A stretch of DNA of 32,000 bases. Origin: Pyrodictium abyssi (lineage in GTDB: Archaea; Thermoproteota; Thermoprotei_A; Sulfolobales; Pyrodictiaceae). The notes beneath the pieces are model-generated. The model did no database searches, was not told the DNA's origin, and was given only the letters and a program-made list of their open reading frames with translations. The stretch's first letter is position 1. Every line of letters begins with the position of its first letter. The DNA is taken from NCBI RefSeq assembly GCF_036323395.1, contig NZ_AP028907.1:1410001-1442000 (forward strand), written 5' to 3'. The position numbers and the translations under genes were made by a program. Below, in pieces: positions 8,027 to 17,688 of this stretch.

Positions 8027-9309
8027 TGCTCCCGGAGCCTCTTAAAAGCGTCTTCAAGTGCTGTTATGGTTTCCTCAACGACCTCGGCTGTGTGGGCAGC
8101 GCTTGTGAAGATTGCCTCCATCTGGCTCGGCGCTATGAAGACGCCGCGGCTTAGCAGCTCCTGGTGCAGCTCGTTGTACATCTCGCGGTTGCTTCTGGCA
8201 GCATCCTCTGGCGACGCGACCTCACCGTCTACGAAGAACACCTGGAACATGTTCTCGACATAGTTGACCGTAGCCTTTATACCGTAGCGGCTGATTAGGT
8301 CCTCTACTGTCTTAGCTAGCTTGGAGGCTGCCTCACGGGCTACCCGGTAGGGTTCGCCGGTTTCAAGCACCTCTATCGTGGCCAGTCCTGCCGCCATAGT
8401 TACCGGGTGCGCGTTGAACGTACCAGCATTGAACACTTTGCCACTAGGCGTGAAGTTCTCCATTATCTCGCGCGGGCCGGCCACAACCCCTATTGGGAAG
8501 CCACCGCCTACTATCTTTCCGAGTGTTGTTATGTCGCCGCGTACACCATAGTACTCCTGGGCGCCGCCCAGGCCTAGGCGGAACCCGGTGATGACCTCAT
8601 CCATTATGAGGAGCGCGCCATACTGGTCGGCTAGCTCTCTTAGACCCTTTAGGAACCCGGGCTTAGGCGGTATGACTCCCGCGTTGCCGGCGACCGGCTC
8701 GACTATTATGGCTGCTACCTGGTCGCCATGCTTCTTCATTATCTTCTCTACGCTCTCTACGTCGTTGAAGCGGGCTATTAGTGTTAGTTTTGCCACCTCC
8801 TCGGGCACGCCTAGGCTCGAGGGGACACCGTACTCTGCTGCCGCGCTACCAGCGCCCACAAGCACTGCATCGTGAGCACCGTGGTAGCAGCCGTTGAACT
8901 TCACTATGTACTTGCGGCCGGTGTAGCCTCTAGCAAGCCGTATAGCCGCCATTGTAGCCTCGGTACCGCTATTGACGAACCTCACCATGCCGCCTTGGTG
9001 GTAGTACTTGAGTATCTTCTTGGCAAGCTTTATCTCCAGCTCGGCCGGAGTGCCGTAGGCCCAGCCCCGCTCCAGCTGCTCCTTGACGGCTTCTAGTACA
9101 CGGGGGTGGCGGTGCCCGAGGAACATGGGGCCATAGGCTAGCACATAGTCGATGAGTCGCTCCCCGTCAACCGTGTAGAGGTAGGGGCCTTCGGCCCGGC
9201 TAACGTAGAAGGGGTAGGGCTTTACGGCCGCACGTATAGGGCTGTTAACGCCCCCAGGAAACAGGTTTAGGGCCTCCTCGTAAAGCTTCCTGCTCTCCTC
9301 GCCGGGCAA
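8023..9309 (-). CDS. hemL: glutamate-1-semialdehyde 2,1-aminomutase
   Basis: FPGGVNSPIRAAV, MVRFVNSGTEATMAAIRLARG, LLIMDEVITGFRLG, TTLGKIVGGGFPIG. Confidence 0.97.
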   Translation of the reverse strand: MPGEESRKLYEEALNLFPGGVNSPIRAAVKPYPFYVSRAEGPYLYTVDGERLIDYVLAYGPMFLGHRHPRVLEAVKEQLERGWAYGTPAELEIKLAKKILKYYHQGGMVRFVNSGTEATMAAIRLARGYTGRKYIVKFNGCYHGAHDAVLVGAGSAAAEYGVPSSLGVPEEVAKLTLIARFNDVESVEKIMKKHGDQVAAIIVEPVAGNAGVIPPKPGFLKGLRELADQYGALLIMDEVITGFRLGLGGAQEYYGVRGDITTLGKIVGGGFPIGVVAGPREIMENFTPSGKVFNAGTFNAHPVTMAAGLATIEVLETGEPYRVAREAASKLAKTVEDLISRYGIKATVNYVENMFQVFFVDGEVASPEDAARSNREMYNELHQELLSRGVFIAPSQMEAIFTSAAHTAEVVEETITALEDAFKRLREQ

Positions 9310-9745
9310 GAATGGAGCACCCTCGTGTTTAGCGAAGTTGACTATTATAGAGCATTAAATTAGCTTGGCCCGGCTCCTTTCAGGGGCTCACTCGCTGTTC
9401 CCGTGTAGCCAAAGACGCTATCGCATCCCCGGAGGCTGCATCACCGCCCCCTAGGCCTCTGCAGACGAAGGCAAGGGAGTGCCTCCGGGGCCTCCTGGGG
9501 AGACACCTAGGGGGCTCGTGCCCCGTGACCCACAGCTCATCCAAGCAGCCCGGCCAGAACTACCACTGGGCGAGAGGGCCAAATTATAGCTAGGGCTGAA
9601 GTCACACACTTGTTTCGCGCAATCAGCCGCGGCGACTGCAGAGGAGATGAACAGGACACGGTACCAGTGGGAAAGACAGCAGATGAGAAGCGTGCCACTC
9701 AGCTTTAAAAACGCTGTAGCTGCTAGTTCGTGTACGGTCTCGGCG

Positions 9746-9907
9746 CTACTTCTCCTTCTTCTTCTTGGCGCCGCCTCCGCCGCCCTTACCCTTAGGCTCT
9801 ATGAACTCCTTGAAGTACCAGCCGTGGGCACGCTTTATGTGCTCTAGAAGCGCCTTTCTACGGTACATGCCCTTGCCGCAGACGGGGCACGGCCTAGCGC
9901 CGACCAC
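9746..9907 (-). CDS. small C2H2 zinc-finger protein (53 aa, GTG start)
   Basis: VVGARPCPVCGKGMYRRKALLEHIKRAHGWYFKEFIEPKGKGGGGGAKKKKEK*; CPVCG...H-x4-H spacing; not in the supplied ORF track. Confidence 0.72.
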   Translation of the reverse strand: MVGARPCPVCGKGMYRRKALLEHIKRAHGWYFKEFIEPKGKGGGGGAKKKKEK

Positions 9908-9951
9908 CGTTTGTCCCCGGGCACCAACCCCTGGAGCTGCGGGGGTTAAGG

Positions 9952-11460
9952 CTAGTTCTCTCCAGGGCTAGCCGCTGCGAGTATGGCTCTACGGGTCTTC
10001 TCGAGCACGTTTGGCGGCACCACCGCCAGGAAGGGGGCCATGTACTTGTGCTTCGCGGCCTCGAGGAGTACTTCTCTGCTTCCGCCAGCCTCTAGATACC
10101 CGCTGGCTATCATACGGGCTCTCTCGGGCCCGTTGCGCGGCGCGTACAGGAGGGAGTAGTAGCACGCGACAGCCACGTCCCATGCCGCGTCCTGGACGCC
10201 ATTGATCTCCCGCGCCTGCTCGAGGTCAACTATGTAGAGTCTCTCACCGTCGTAGACGAAGTTGCTGGGATTAGCATCCCATAGAGCGACGCCGCTACTA
10301 TGCAGGCGGGCTAGCAGCTGGCCTGCCTCGCGGTACGGCTCCGGGACGGGTTCCCGCTGCAGCATAGCCACGAGGTCTACGCCTTCAATGTAGCTGTATG
10401 CCGCCTGGCGGCGCCTTGGGTCTATGAGCAGCGGCTGTGGCACGTTGAATCCGCGCTCGTCTAGAAGCCTGTTGTAGTAGTACTCGGCGTTTAGCCTCGC
10501 GAGTGCGCGGAGCCGTGGACGGGGCAGGGGCAGTGAGGCTATGGAGGCTGCAAGCCACTTCACCGCCGTTATGTCTATGTACCTCTTGACTACTGCTGGC
10601 CGGAAGCCCCCGGCCTCCACGGTCCTAACACTCCTTATGATGCCTTTACGGCTGAGCTTCACGCTGCGTAGAAGCCTCTTGACGCCGGTTATAGCGTAGA
10701 GCTGCTCTTCAAACTGGATAAGCTTAGTGGCTACGCGTGCAGCATCTAGCCGGACCAGGAGTAGCGGGTCACGTGTTAACGGGTGTGGTTTACGGCTTAT
10801 ACTCTCAATTATGAGTGTCTGGGGGATAGCCTGGAGCAGGGATAGCGATACCTGCGAGGCAATATTGCCCAGAAGCTGCGCCACCTTAGGCGCCCCGCCT
10901 AGCTGTTGGACGAGCCTCAGCCTCTGGCCGGGCTCATTGTCCACGAGTCTGGCTGGAAGCCAGACGCCGCTAGCCCCAAGCTCGCGTAGTGCTACATCCT
11001 GTACTATTCTCCGTAGCCAAGTATAGTAGTCTCCACGCCGCAGCGCATTACCATAGACTGTGCGTAGCCAGGGGTAGATACGCTGGAGGCGGGCCATCCG
11101 AGCAACAACTGGATATATGTCGGCAATCAGCAAGCGCTCATAGCTCTTATGGAAGAGCCTCCTTAGCCTACTTACCTCTTCGCGGAGTAGTCTGGCTATG
11201 TACTTCACTAGCAGCTCGTTATACACGTTCTCGTCGCCTTCGATGTAGGCTGGCTTTAGAAGCAGTATCGAGGCCAGAGCCTCTCCGAGCAGAGACTCCT
11301 CCACATCAGCGGCCACTATGTCTAGCTGTACTACAGCCTCTAGCCTACCTGCATGGCCTTCTATACAGCTTCGCTCTCTACCCAGCCCGAGAACTAGTCG
11401 GAGGCCCGGCAGGTCGTAGACGAGCTGGACTATTGCAGTACACTCTCCCTTCAAGAGCAT
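9952..11460 (-). CDS. protein-kinase-like fold protein with large N-terminal domain
   Basis: PAVVKRY, YSYIEGVDL hinge, RLHSSGVALWDANPSNFVYDGERLYIVDLEQA resemble Bud32/RIO/WaaP-type catalytic and metal-binding motifs. Confidence 0.7.
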   Translation of the reverse strand: MLLKGECTAIVQLVYDLPGLRLVLGLGRERSCIEGHAGRLEAVVQLDIVAADVEESLLGEALASILLLKPAYIEGDENVYNELLVKYIARLLREEVSRLRRLFHKSYERLLIADIYPVVARMARLQRIYPWLRTVYGNALRRGDYYTWLRRIVQDVALRELGASGVWLPARLVDNEPGQRLRLVQQLGGAPKVAQLLGNIASQVSLSLLQAIPQTLIIESISRKPHPLTRDPLLLVRLDAARVATKLIQFEEQLYAITGVKRLLRSVKLSRKGIIRSVRTVEAGGFRPAVVKRYIDITAVKWLAASIASLPLPRPRLRALARLNAEYYYNRLLDERGFNVPQPLLIDPRRRQAAYSYIEGVDLVAMLQREPVPEPYREAGQLLARLHSSGVALWDANPSNFVYDGERLYIVDLEQAREINGVQDAAWDVAVACYYSLLYAPRNGPERARMIASGYLEAGGSREVLLEAAKHKYMAPFLAVVPPNVLEKTRRAILAAASPGEN

Positions 11461-11651
11461 CTCCCTTTGCCCCTAGCAGTTACCCACAAGCGTCTTCGCA
11501 CAGCCTAGCTGCCTCCAGGAGTCCATACGCCAGGGCTGCTAGCCCGGCCTTCTTATGGGCTAGGCGCAGCCCAGCCGTACCTCAGCCAGCCCTCCCGGCA
11601 GCAAGCCCTCTTTCAGCGGCACTCAGTAACTGCTACACGGGGGCATAGATC

Positions 11652-12704
11652 ATGCACAGCAACCTATGCATATACTACGACCCCGTGTTTAAGCTTCACA
11701 AGCCGCCACACGGCTTCCACCTAGAGTCGCCGGAGAGACTAGATACGGCCATCAGAGGTCTACGCGACTCGCGCATTTGGGATACTGCAGAACACTACAC
11801 GATACCTCGTAGAGGAGACGAGCTGAGCATGTTCAGGGAGGTGCATAGCCCGGAGTACATAGAGAGTGTACTAGAGCTCGCGGGCCGTGGCGGCGGCTAC
11901 ATAGACCCCGACACCTACGTCTCGCCAGCCACACCGCTAGCTGTGTCTAGCTATGCCGCCGCCGTCCTCGATGCAGCCGAGAAGCTGCTAAACGGTGACT
12001 GCAGGGTAGCCCTAGTACTTGGAAGGCCTCCCGGCCACCACGCTGGCTACTTTGGCAGGGCCATGGGGGCTCCCACGCTAGGCTTCTGCGTATTCAATAT
12101 CACCGCTCTAGCCGCCGTCACGCTGCGTAAGCTCGGCTATGAGACCGCTGTAATAGATATTGACCTGCACCACGGGAATGGGACCCAGGATATACTCTAC
12201 GACAAGCCTATATTCCACATAGATGTGCACCAGGATCCCTCAACAATATACCCTGGCACCGGCTGGCCATGGCAGCTGGGAGACGGCGAGGGGAGTGGAA
12301 CGAAGCTCAACATACTAGTACCACCCGGCTCAGGGGACGACGTGTATGTCGAGCTCCTGCAGAAGGCGCTGGATATGTACCGGTCTCTCGCACCAACAGC
12401 AGACATACTCATCGTTGACGCGGGGCTTGATGCGTACAGGGGCGACGGCCTTGGCGCACTTCATCTCACGACTACGAGCTACCACTCCATGGGTAAGATG
12501 ATATCCGGCATAGGAGCTCCTATACTAGTAGTGCTGCAAGGCGGCTATAGTAGCGGCCTGTATCACGCCCTACCCGCCCTACTGGCTGGCTTGGTGGGCT
12601 GGCCTAACCCCTTCCCCGAGACCCCGTCGAGGACAGAGTCCTCCGTGAGGGCTAAGGCACTTGCATACCTAGAAGAGTTGATAGATTATATGGGATTAGC
12701 CTAG
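11652..12704 (+). CDS. histone deacetylase family protein (acetylpolyamine amidohydrolase/HDAC-like)
   Basis: HLESPERLD, PPGHHAG, GFCVFNITALAA, VIDIDLHHGNGTQDILY, DAGLDAYRGDGLG, LQGGYSSG. Confidence 0.93.
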   Translation: MHSNLCIYYDPVFKLHKPPHGFHLESPERLDTAIRGLRDSRIWDTAEHYTIPRRGDELSMFREVHSPEYIESVLELAGRGGGYIDPDTYVSPATPLAVSSYAAAVLDAAEKLLNGDCRVALVLGRPPGHHAGYFGRAMGAPTLGFCVFNITALAAVTLRKLGYETAVIDIDLHHGNGTQDILYDKPIFHIDVHQDPSTIYPGTGWPWQLGDGEGSGTKLNILVPPGSGDDVYVELLQKALDMYRSLAPTADILIVDAGLDAYRGDGLGALHLTTTSYHSMGKMISGIGAPILVVLQGGYSSGLYHALPALLAGLVGWPNPFPETPSRTESSVRAKALAYLEELIDYMGLA

Positions 12705-12773
12705 GGACACAACCGACGCGGCTCTATCCAAAAACCAACCCCGGCATGTGATAGTTCTGGGGTGAGTTCATGT

Positions 12774-13229
12774 CTAATCTCTTGCAAACTCGTGTATTAT
12801 CCCAAGGCCTGCAAGCGTCATTACGAAGTCCAGTATGTCTCTTGCAGATATCATCCCCAGGGGCTTACCATCCTCACCGACAACCGGTATGTGGCGGATA
12901 TTTGCGTCGCGCATCTTCTTTATCACTACAACTATGTCCTCGTCAGGCTTCACTGTTATCGGGTCCTCGGTCATTATCTCCCATGCCTGTTTCGTGTTCG
13001 GGTCCCAGCCCTCGGAGCACGCAAATACTAGGTCATGCTCCGTTATTATACCGCGTAGCCTCCCTTCCTCGTCTACAACTAGTACGCTTCCGACGCGCTC
13101 TTCCCGCATTTTGCGTGCAACATCCTTTATTGTTGCATTAGGGTCTATAGTTACTGGAGGAGAGGTCATAACGTCGCGTGCACGTAGCGGGATACGCCTA
13201 CGGCGAAGGAGGAGTATCACGGATGCCAC
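12774..13229 (-). CDS. CBS domain pair protein
   Basis: Two CBS repeats: MTSPPVTIDPNATIKDVARKMREERVGSVLVVDEEGRLRGIITEHDL and MTEDPITVKPDEDIVVVIKKMRDANIRHIPVVGEDGKPLGMISARDIL. Confidence 0.92.
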   Translation of the reverse strand: MASVILLLRRRRIPLRARDVMTSPPVTIDPNATIKDVARKMREERVGSVLVVDEEGRLRGIITEHDLVFACSEGWDPNTKQAWEIMTEDPITVKPDEDIVVVIKKMRDANIRHIPVVGEDGKPLGMISARDILDFVMTLAGLGIIHEFARD

Positions 13230-13515
13230 CCTCCACTAGATTCTTGTATATTGTTGCTGCACGGTAAAATTGGTATCCACGACGTTCAATAGTGGCATAA
13301 GTATACCATGCCTGGACAATAGCGGAAGGGGCGAGCCCGGGGGGCTTCTAGCTAGCACCTACCGGCGTTAGCATCCTATGTCCTGGCAGCTGGTATAGCG
13401 TAACAAGACGCGGCCCCTAGCAGAATGTGCCTAGGCGAAACTATGTAGCGAGAACGGCGAGGACTAGGGCTTACGTGCACTGAGTATAGGTGGGTTAAAA
13501 ACGCGTAGAACCGGA

Positions 13516-15732
13516 TTAGAAGGGTGTTATGAAGTCCTCGGGCTTCGGCGGCTCTGGTGGTAGGCCCTTCCTCTCGCGTATCTTCTTCACTAGGTCCATG
13601 AGCATGTTGTCAGGTACTGGCGCCCAGCGGCTGAACTCAGTGCCCCAGAAGGCTCTGCCCTGGGTGGCGCTTCTTAGCTCGGCGGCGAGGTCGAAGCTCT
13701 CTGCTACTGGCAGCTCGGCTATTATCCTCATCATGACGCCGTACTCCTTCATGTCTAGTATCTTGCCGCGCTTCCTGGATATCACCGCTATCACGTTGCT
13801 GACGTACTCCTGCGGCACACGTATGTCGAGCTTCTGGAGAGGCTCTAGCAGCGTCGGCTTCGAGGTCAGCATGGCCGCGTATATGGCGTTGCGGACTGCC
13901 GGGTAGATCTGCGCTGGGCCGCGGTGGGCTGGGTCCTCGTGTATCACGGCGTCGTGTAGTATTATCTTGAGGCCTCTCACAGGCTCCTTGGCTAGTGGGC
14001 CCTCCTTCATTGCTAGGCGGAAGCCCTGGATTATGGTGTCCTTGACCTCGCGTAGGTGCTGTACACCTGTCGTCTTGTCTATGAACACGTTTATGTTCTC
14101 GTCGATCGCCCATATCCTCTTGGCCTCGTCGTAGTCCCAGCCAGCCTTCTCCTTGAGTATCTTGGCCCTCTCGTATACGTCCTGGCCCTCCGTTATCTCG
14201 CCATTCTGTATCAGCTTTATAGTCTCCTCGTCTAGCGGCTCCACGCTTATGTAGAGCTTGTTGTGCTTGTTCGGGCTCTTGCCCTCGAACACCTGGCTCT
14301 TCGCGCGCACAGTCTCGCGGTAGACTACTATTGGTGGGCTCGTCTTCACCTCAAGACCGAAGGTCTCCTTGAGCCACCATACTGCTATCTCTATGTGTAG
14401 TGGGCCCATACCGCTTAGCAGGTACTCGCCGGTCTCCTGGTTGATCTTAACCTGTATAGTCGGGTCCTCTATGCTTAGCTTGTAGAGCGCGTCTATCAGC
14501 TTAGGCAGGTCCTTGGGATTCTTCGGCTCTATCGCCACCGTCACTACTGGCTCGGACACGTAGTGTAGCCTCTCGAATGGCGGTACCTTATCCTTGAGGC
14601 TCACTGCTACAGCTGTCTCGCCTGCGCGCGCGTCTTCGAGGCCTAGCGCGGCCGCTATGTTTCCGGCGGGTATCTCGTCCACGACCTCGCGGTCGGGACC
14701 CATGTAAATGCTTACCTGTAGCACCTTAGCACTCTTCCCGGCGTTGACTAGCCATACCTCGTCGCCCTGGCGCAGTGTGCCGCTGAAGATACGGCCGGTG
14801 GCTACTAGGCGGCGTATCTTGGGGTCAACCCTCATGAAGGATATAGCGTATACTAGTGGACCGTTGGGGTCCGCCTCGAGCATCGCCTTGCCTACTTCAC
14901 TGTTTATGTCGCCCTTCCATATCTTGGGTATACGGTACTTCTGTGCCTCACGCGGGTTAGGTATGAACTTGACTACCGCGTCTAGCAGGGACTCATGCAG
15001 CGGTGCTACCTTTGTGGCGAACTCCTCTACTGCCTCCTTGCCCTTGTTGTAGGCGTCGATTATGTCACTGAACTTTATGCCACGCTTCTGGGCTAGGGGT
15101 ATGCTTATGCCCCACTTGTCGCGCGCGCTACCGAATATCACCATACCGCTCATCGGGTCTAGCTGCCACTTCTTCTTGAACTCGGGGTCAGCGTAGAGGC
15201 TTATCAGGTGGTTTACCTCCTTGATTATCTCTACGAACCTCTGCTGTATCTGCTGGGGCGTGTACTTTAGCTCCTTTATGAGCCTGTCAACCTTGTTTAT
15301 GAAGAGTATGGGGCGTACACGCTCCTCGAGGCTCTGACGCAGCACTGTCTCCGTCTGGGGCATCACACCCTCGACAGCGTCTACGACGACTATGGAGCCG
15401 TCCATCATTCGGAGGCTCCTTGTCACGTGGCCGGAGAAGTCTACGTGGCCTGGCGTGTCTACTAGGTTGATTACGTAGGGCTTGCCCTGGTACTCGTGGT
15501 AGAGGCTAATGTTTGCAGACTTGACTGTTATACCGCGCTGCTGCTCCACCTTAAGGTAGTCTAGGGCGAGCGCCTCGCCAGCAATGCGCTGGGATATCAT
15601 ACCCGCTGCCGCGAGCAGCGAGTCGCTTGTCGTGGTCTTACCGTGGTCCACGTGTGCCACGATACCGATGTTTCTTATCTGCTCCACGTTCCTCATTATC
15701 TTCAGGATTTCGTCTACATGCTTGACACGCAT
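13516..15732 (-). CDS. fusA: translation elongation factor 2 (aEF-2)
   Basis: [46 protein letters not shown], diphthamide region [12 protein letters not shown]. Confidence 0.98.
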   Translation of the reverse strand: MRVKHVDEILKIMRNVEQIRNIGIVAHVDHGKTTTSDSLLAAAGMISQRIAGEALALDYLKVEQQRGITVKSANISLYHEYQGKPYVINLVDTPGHVDFSGHVTRSLRMMDGSIVVVDAVEGVMPQTETVLRQSLEERVRPILFINKVDRLIKELKYTPQQIQQRFVEIIKEVNHLISLYADPEFKKKWQLDPMSGMVIFGSARDKWGISIPLAQKRGIKFSDIIDAYNKGKEAVEEFATKVAPLHESLLDAVVKFIPNPREAQKYRIPKIWKGDINSEVGKAMLEADPNGPLVYAISFMRVDPKIRRLVATGRIFSGTLRQGDEVWLVNAGKSAKVLQVSIYMGPDREVVDEIPAGNIAAALGLEDARAGETAVAVSLKDKVPPFERLHYVSEPVVTVAIEPKNPKDLPKLIDALYKLSIEDPTIQVKINQETGEYLLSGMGPLHIEIAVWWLKETFGLEVKTSPPIVVYRETVRAKSQVFEGKSPNKHNKLYISVEPLDEETIKLIQNGEITEGQDVYERAKILKEKAGWDYDEAKRIWAIDENINVFIDKTTGVQHLREVKDTIIQGFRLAMKEGPLAKEPVRGLKIILHDAVIHEDPAHRGPAQIYPAVRNAIYAAMLTSKPTLLEPLQKLDIRVPQEYVSNVIAVISRKRGKILDMKEYGVMMRIIAELPVAESFDLAAELRSATQGRAFWGTEFSRWAPVPDNMLMDLVKKIRERKGLPPEPPKPEDFITPF

Positions 15733-15785
15733 AGCTTACCCTACCCGGGGAAGGGGTCCGGAGCAGCCTCCGGGTTATAAGCCCA
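15733..15785 (-). promoter_or_regulatory. probable aEF-2 promoter
   Basis: Minus-strand GGGCTTATAACCC (TATA-like, about 15773-15783) about 45 nt upstream of the start codon. Confidence 0.55.
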
Positions 15786-15969
15786 CTGAGTATAGTCGCC
15801 AGCCCTAGGAGTCCCTGCTGGCACGTGTCGCCCCAGAGCCGGCGGGCAGTATGGCTACAGAAGCGTGCATAGTATTATACTATAGTATTATGCAAGGTAC
15901 AGTAGAAGAGAAGGAGTAAGGAGTAGGAGCGCGTAGCCTCTATCATGCTACCTCCATTATCTAATATGT

Positions 15970-16647
15970 CTACTTGTCTGGTTGCTGCTTCCTGGGTGGC
16001 TTGTAGGGCGCGTGGAGCACACGGTAGATGCGTTGTGCTCTCTCATAGCCTAGAACACGTTCAAGCTCTACTACGGAGGCCCTACATATGGCGCCGATGC
16101 TGCCAAACTTCTCGAGCAGCTTCTCCGCGAGCCTGGGACCTATGCCTGGGAGACTCTGGACAACGTATAGCTGTTGCATCCAGAGCTTGTCTAGCCGAGG
16201 CTTCCTATGCACAACTACGCTGCGCTGGCTCCCGTACTGCTCACGACACGCTATACTGTATATCATCCTGGCTGTCTCGCGCTGGTTGAGGCTCCACAGC
16301 ACACGAACACCATAGTCTATAGTGATGGACGACAGAGCCATGCGGACTTGCTGGCCGCGAGTAGTATAGCTGTCGAGTTTACCCGGGTCGCCTTCAACCA
16401 GGATTACCGGGATATCGTAGTGCTCGCTGAGCCGCCTTACCTGGTCGAATAGCCGGCCATCGAACAAGCTCTCTGCAAGGTCGTATACGGTCTTACGCTC
16501 TATGGCTACACGGTCAGACACTATATAGTCGCCGACACCAGCCATAGTGTATATCACGGCTGCACCTAGCTCCGCGAGAGCCTCGGGGACGCCACTACCC
16601 CGCTCCCTCTCGTCAACGTAGACTCTTGGCCGCCTGCATTCAGCCAA
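15970..16647 (-). CDS. xpf: XPF/Mus81-type structure-specific nuclease (crenarchaeal short form)
   Basis: VYVDERERGSGVPEAL, GDYIVSDRVAIERKTVYDLAESLFDGRLFDQ (ERKxxxD), C-terminal HhH SLPGIGPRLAEKLLEKFGS. Confidence 0.92.
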   Translation of the reverse strand: MAECRRPRVYVDERERGSGVPEALAELGAAVIYTMAGVGDYIVSDRVAIERKTVYDLAESLFDGRLFDQVRRLSEHYDIPVILVEGDPGKLDSYTTRGQQVRMALSSITIDYGVRVLWSLNQRETARMIYSIACREQYGSQRSVVVHRKPRLDKLWMQQLYVVQSLPGIGPRLAEKLLEKFGSIGAICRASVVELERVLGYERAQRIYRVLHAPYKPPRKQQPDK

Positions 16648-16867
16648 TGTGCCTGCCCTCGCCTAGGGGCTCACCACGTGTGGAGTGCACTAGAGGCTGA
16701 CGCCGCCACGGAGTGATGAGAGTCCGGCGCACCGAACACTTCAGCAAAAATCTCTTGATTTGCGCACTAGACTACTCCGAGGAGCCGCTCATACCAGTGT
16801 AGAGGCACTAGATTTAGGTCTCCGAGGCTGCTGGAGGCCACGGGGCGTCTCCCAGCACTAGGCCGGG

Positions 16868-17395
16868 GTGGATAGGTCCATGGCCAAGACCAGCGGCAAG
16901 AAGAAGGAGCCGGTAGGCGGTTCTAAGAAGGAGCTCGTTATAGTCTCTAGGCCCGCTGTTACACGAGACCAGGTAGAGCGCGATGAGAGGAAGAAGCGTC
17001 TTCTACTGATACTCAAGGCAATGGAGGACCAGGGTGGTATATACGAGAGGAGTCTCGCACACCTAGTATACTGGCTCCAGAACGAGAAGGGGATAGACCT
17101 AGGCTACAACTTCTTCATGGTAGGCGACGTACCCACTTCAAAGGAGCTCCACGAGGACATAATTGCTCTCCTCTACGTCGGCTACGCCGAGACCGACCCG
17201 AAGACAAAGAAGCTACGCCTCACCAACGACGGCAAGGAGTTCCTAGAAAAGAAGGGCATAGACCAGGAGTTCTTCGAGAAACTACGCGCGGCTGTAGAGG
17301 AGCTAAAGCCGAAGATAGCTGCGCTTGATGCGCAGATAGAGCTTACAACGATGCTCTCGAGGCCGAGAGCCCCTCGGCGCCGCAGGTTCTTCTAA
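16868..17395 (+). CDS. conserved-looking hypothetical protein, possible winged-helix fold
   Basis: 175-aa ORF with intact helical region and basic C-terminus RPRAPRRRRFF; likely real start at the internal Met (MAKTSGKKK). Confidence 0.65.
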   Translation: MDRSMAKTSGKKKEPVGGSKKELVIVSRPAVTRDQVERDERKKRLLLILKAMEDQGGIYERSLAHLVYWLQNEKGIDLGYNFFMVGDVPTSKELHEDIIALLYVGYAETDPKTKKLRLTNDGKEFLEKKGIDQEFFEKLRAAVEELKPKIAALDAQIELTTMLSRPRAPRRRRFF

Positions 17396-17688
17396 CACCC
17401 CGACACACACTACCATCTACGCGCACACGCAGCTTGGCCACCAACCGGTTTTTCGACGATAACACATGCCGGGGAAGCCGTCTACAAAAATTCTTCCAAA
17501 GACAAGACAGAGCAAAAGCTCTAAACCGACTCCCCCTGCCGTACTGCTACTCCTTACTACCTTACATTACTCGGGTGCGGGGGTCAGGGACCCCGGCGAC
17601 GCCGCAGAGCTGCGGAGAATTGGATGAGCCGGGTGACGAATTGCACGCCGCCCACCACTATCTTTGCTTGTGGTACAGGGGTGCCCAG

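Noticed and set aside
7491-8045. 184-aa plus-strand ORF
   Set aside because: Antisense shadow of hemC.
10989-11648. 219-aa plus-strand ORF
   Set aside because: Antisense to the kinase-like gene, biased Ser/Arg/Leu composition typical of shadow ORFs in GC-rich genomes.
13637-14113. 158-aa minus-strand ORF
   Set aside because: Alternate frame of aEF-2; composition is nonsense-like.
16695-16745. CTGA...GTGATGA as a box C/D sRNA
   Set aside because: C' and D' order could fit, but no upstream C box and no downstream D box could be found.
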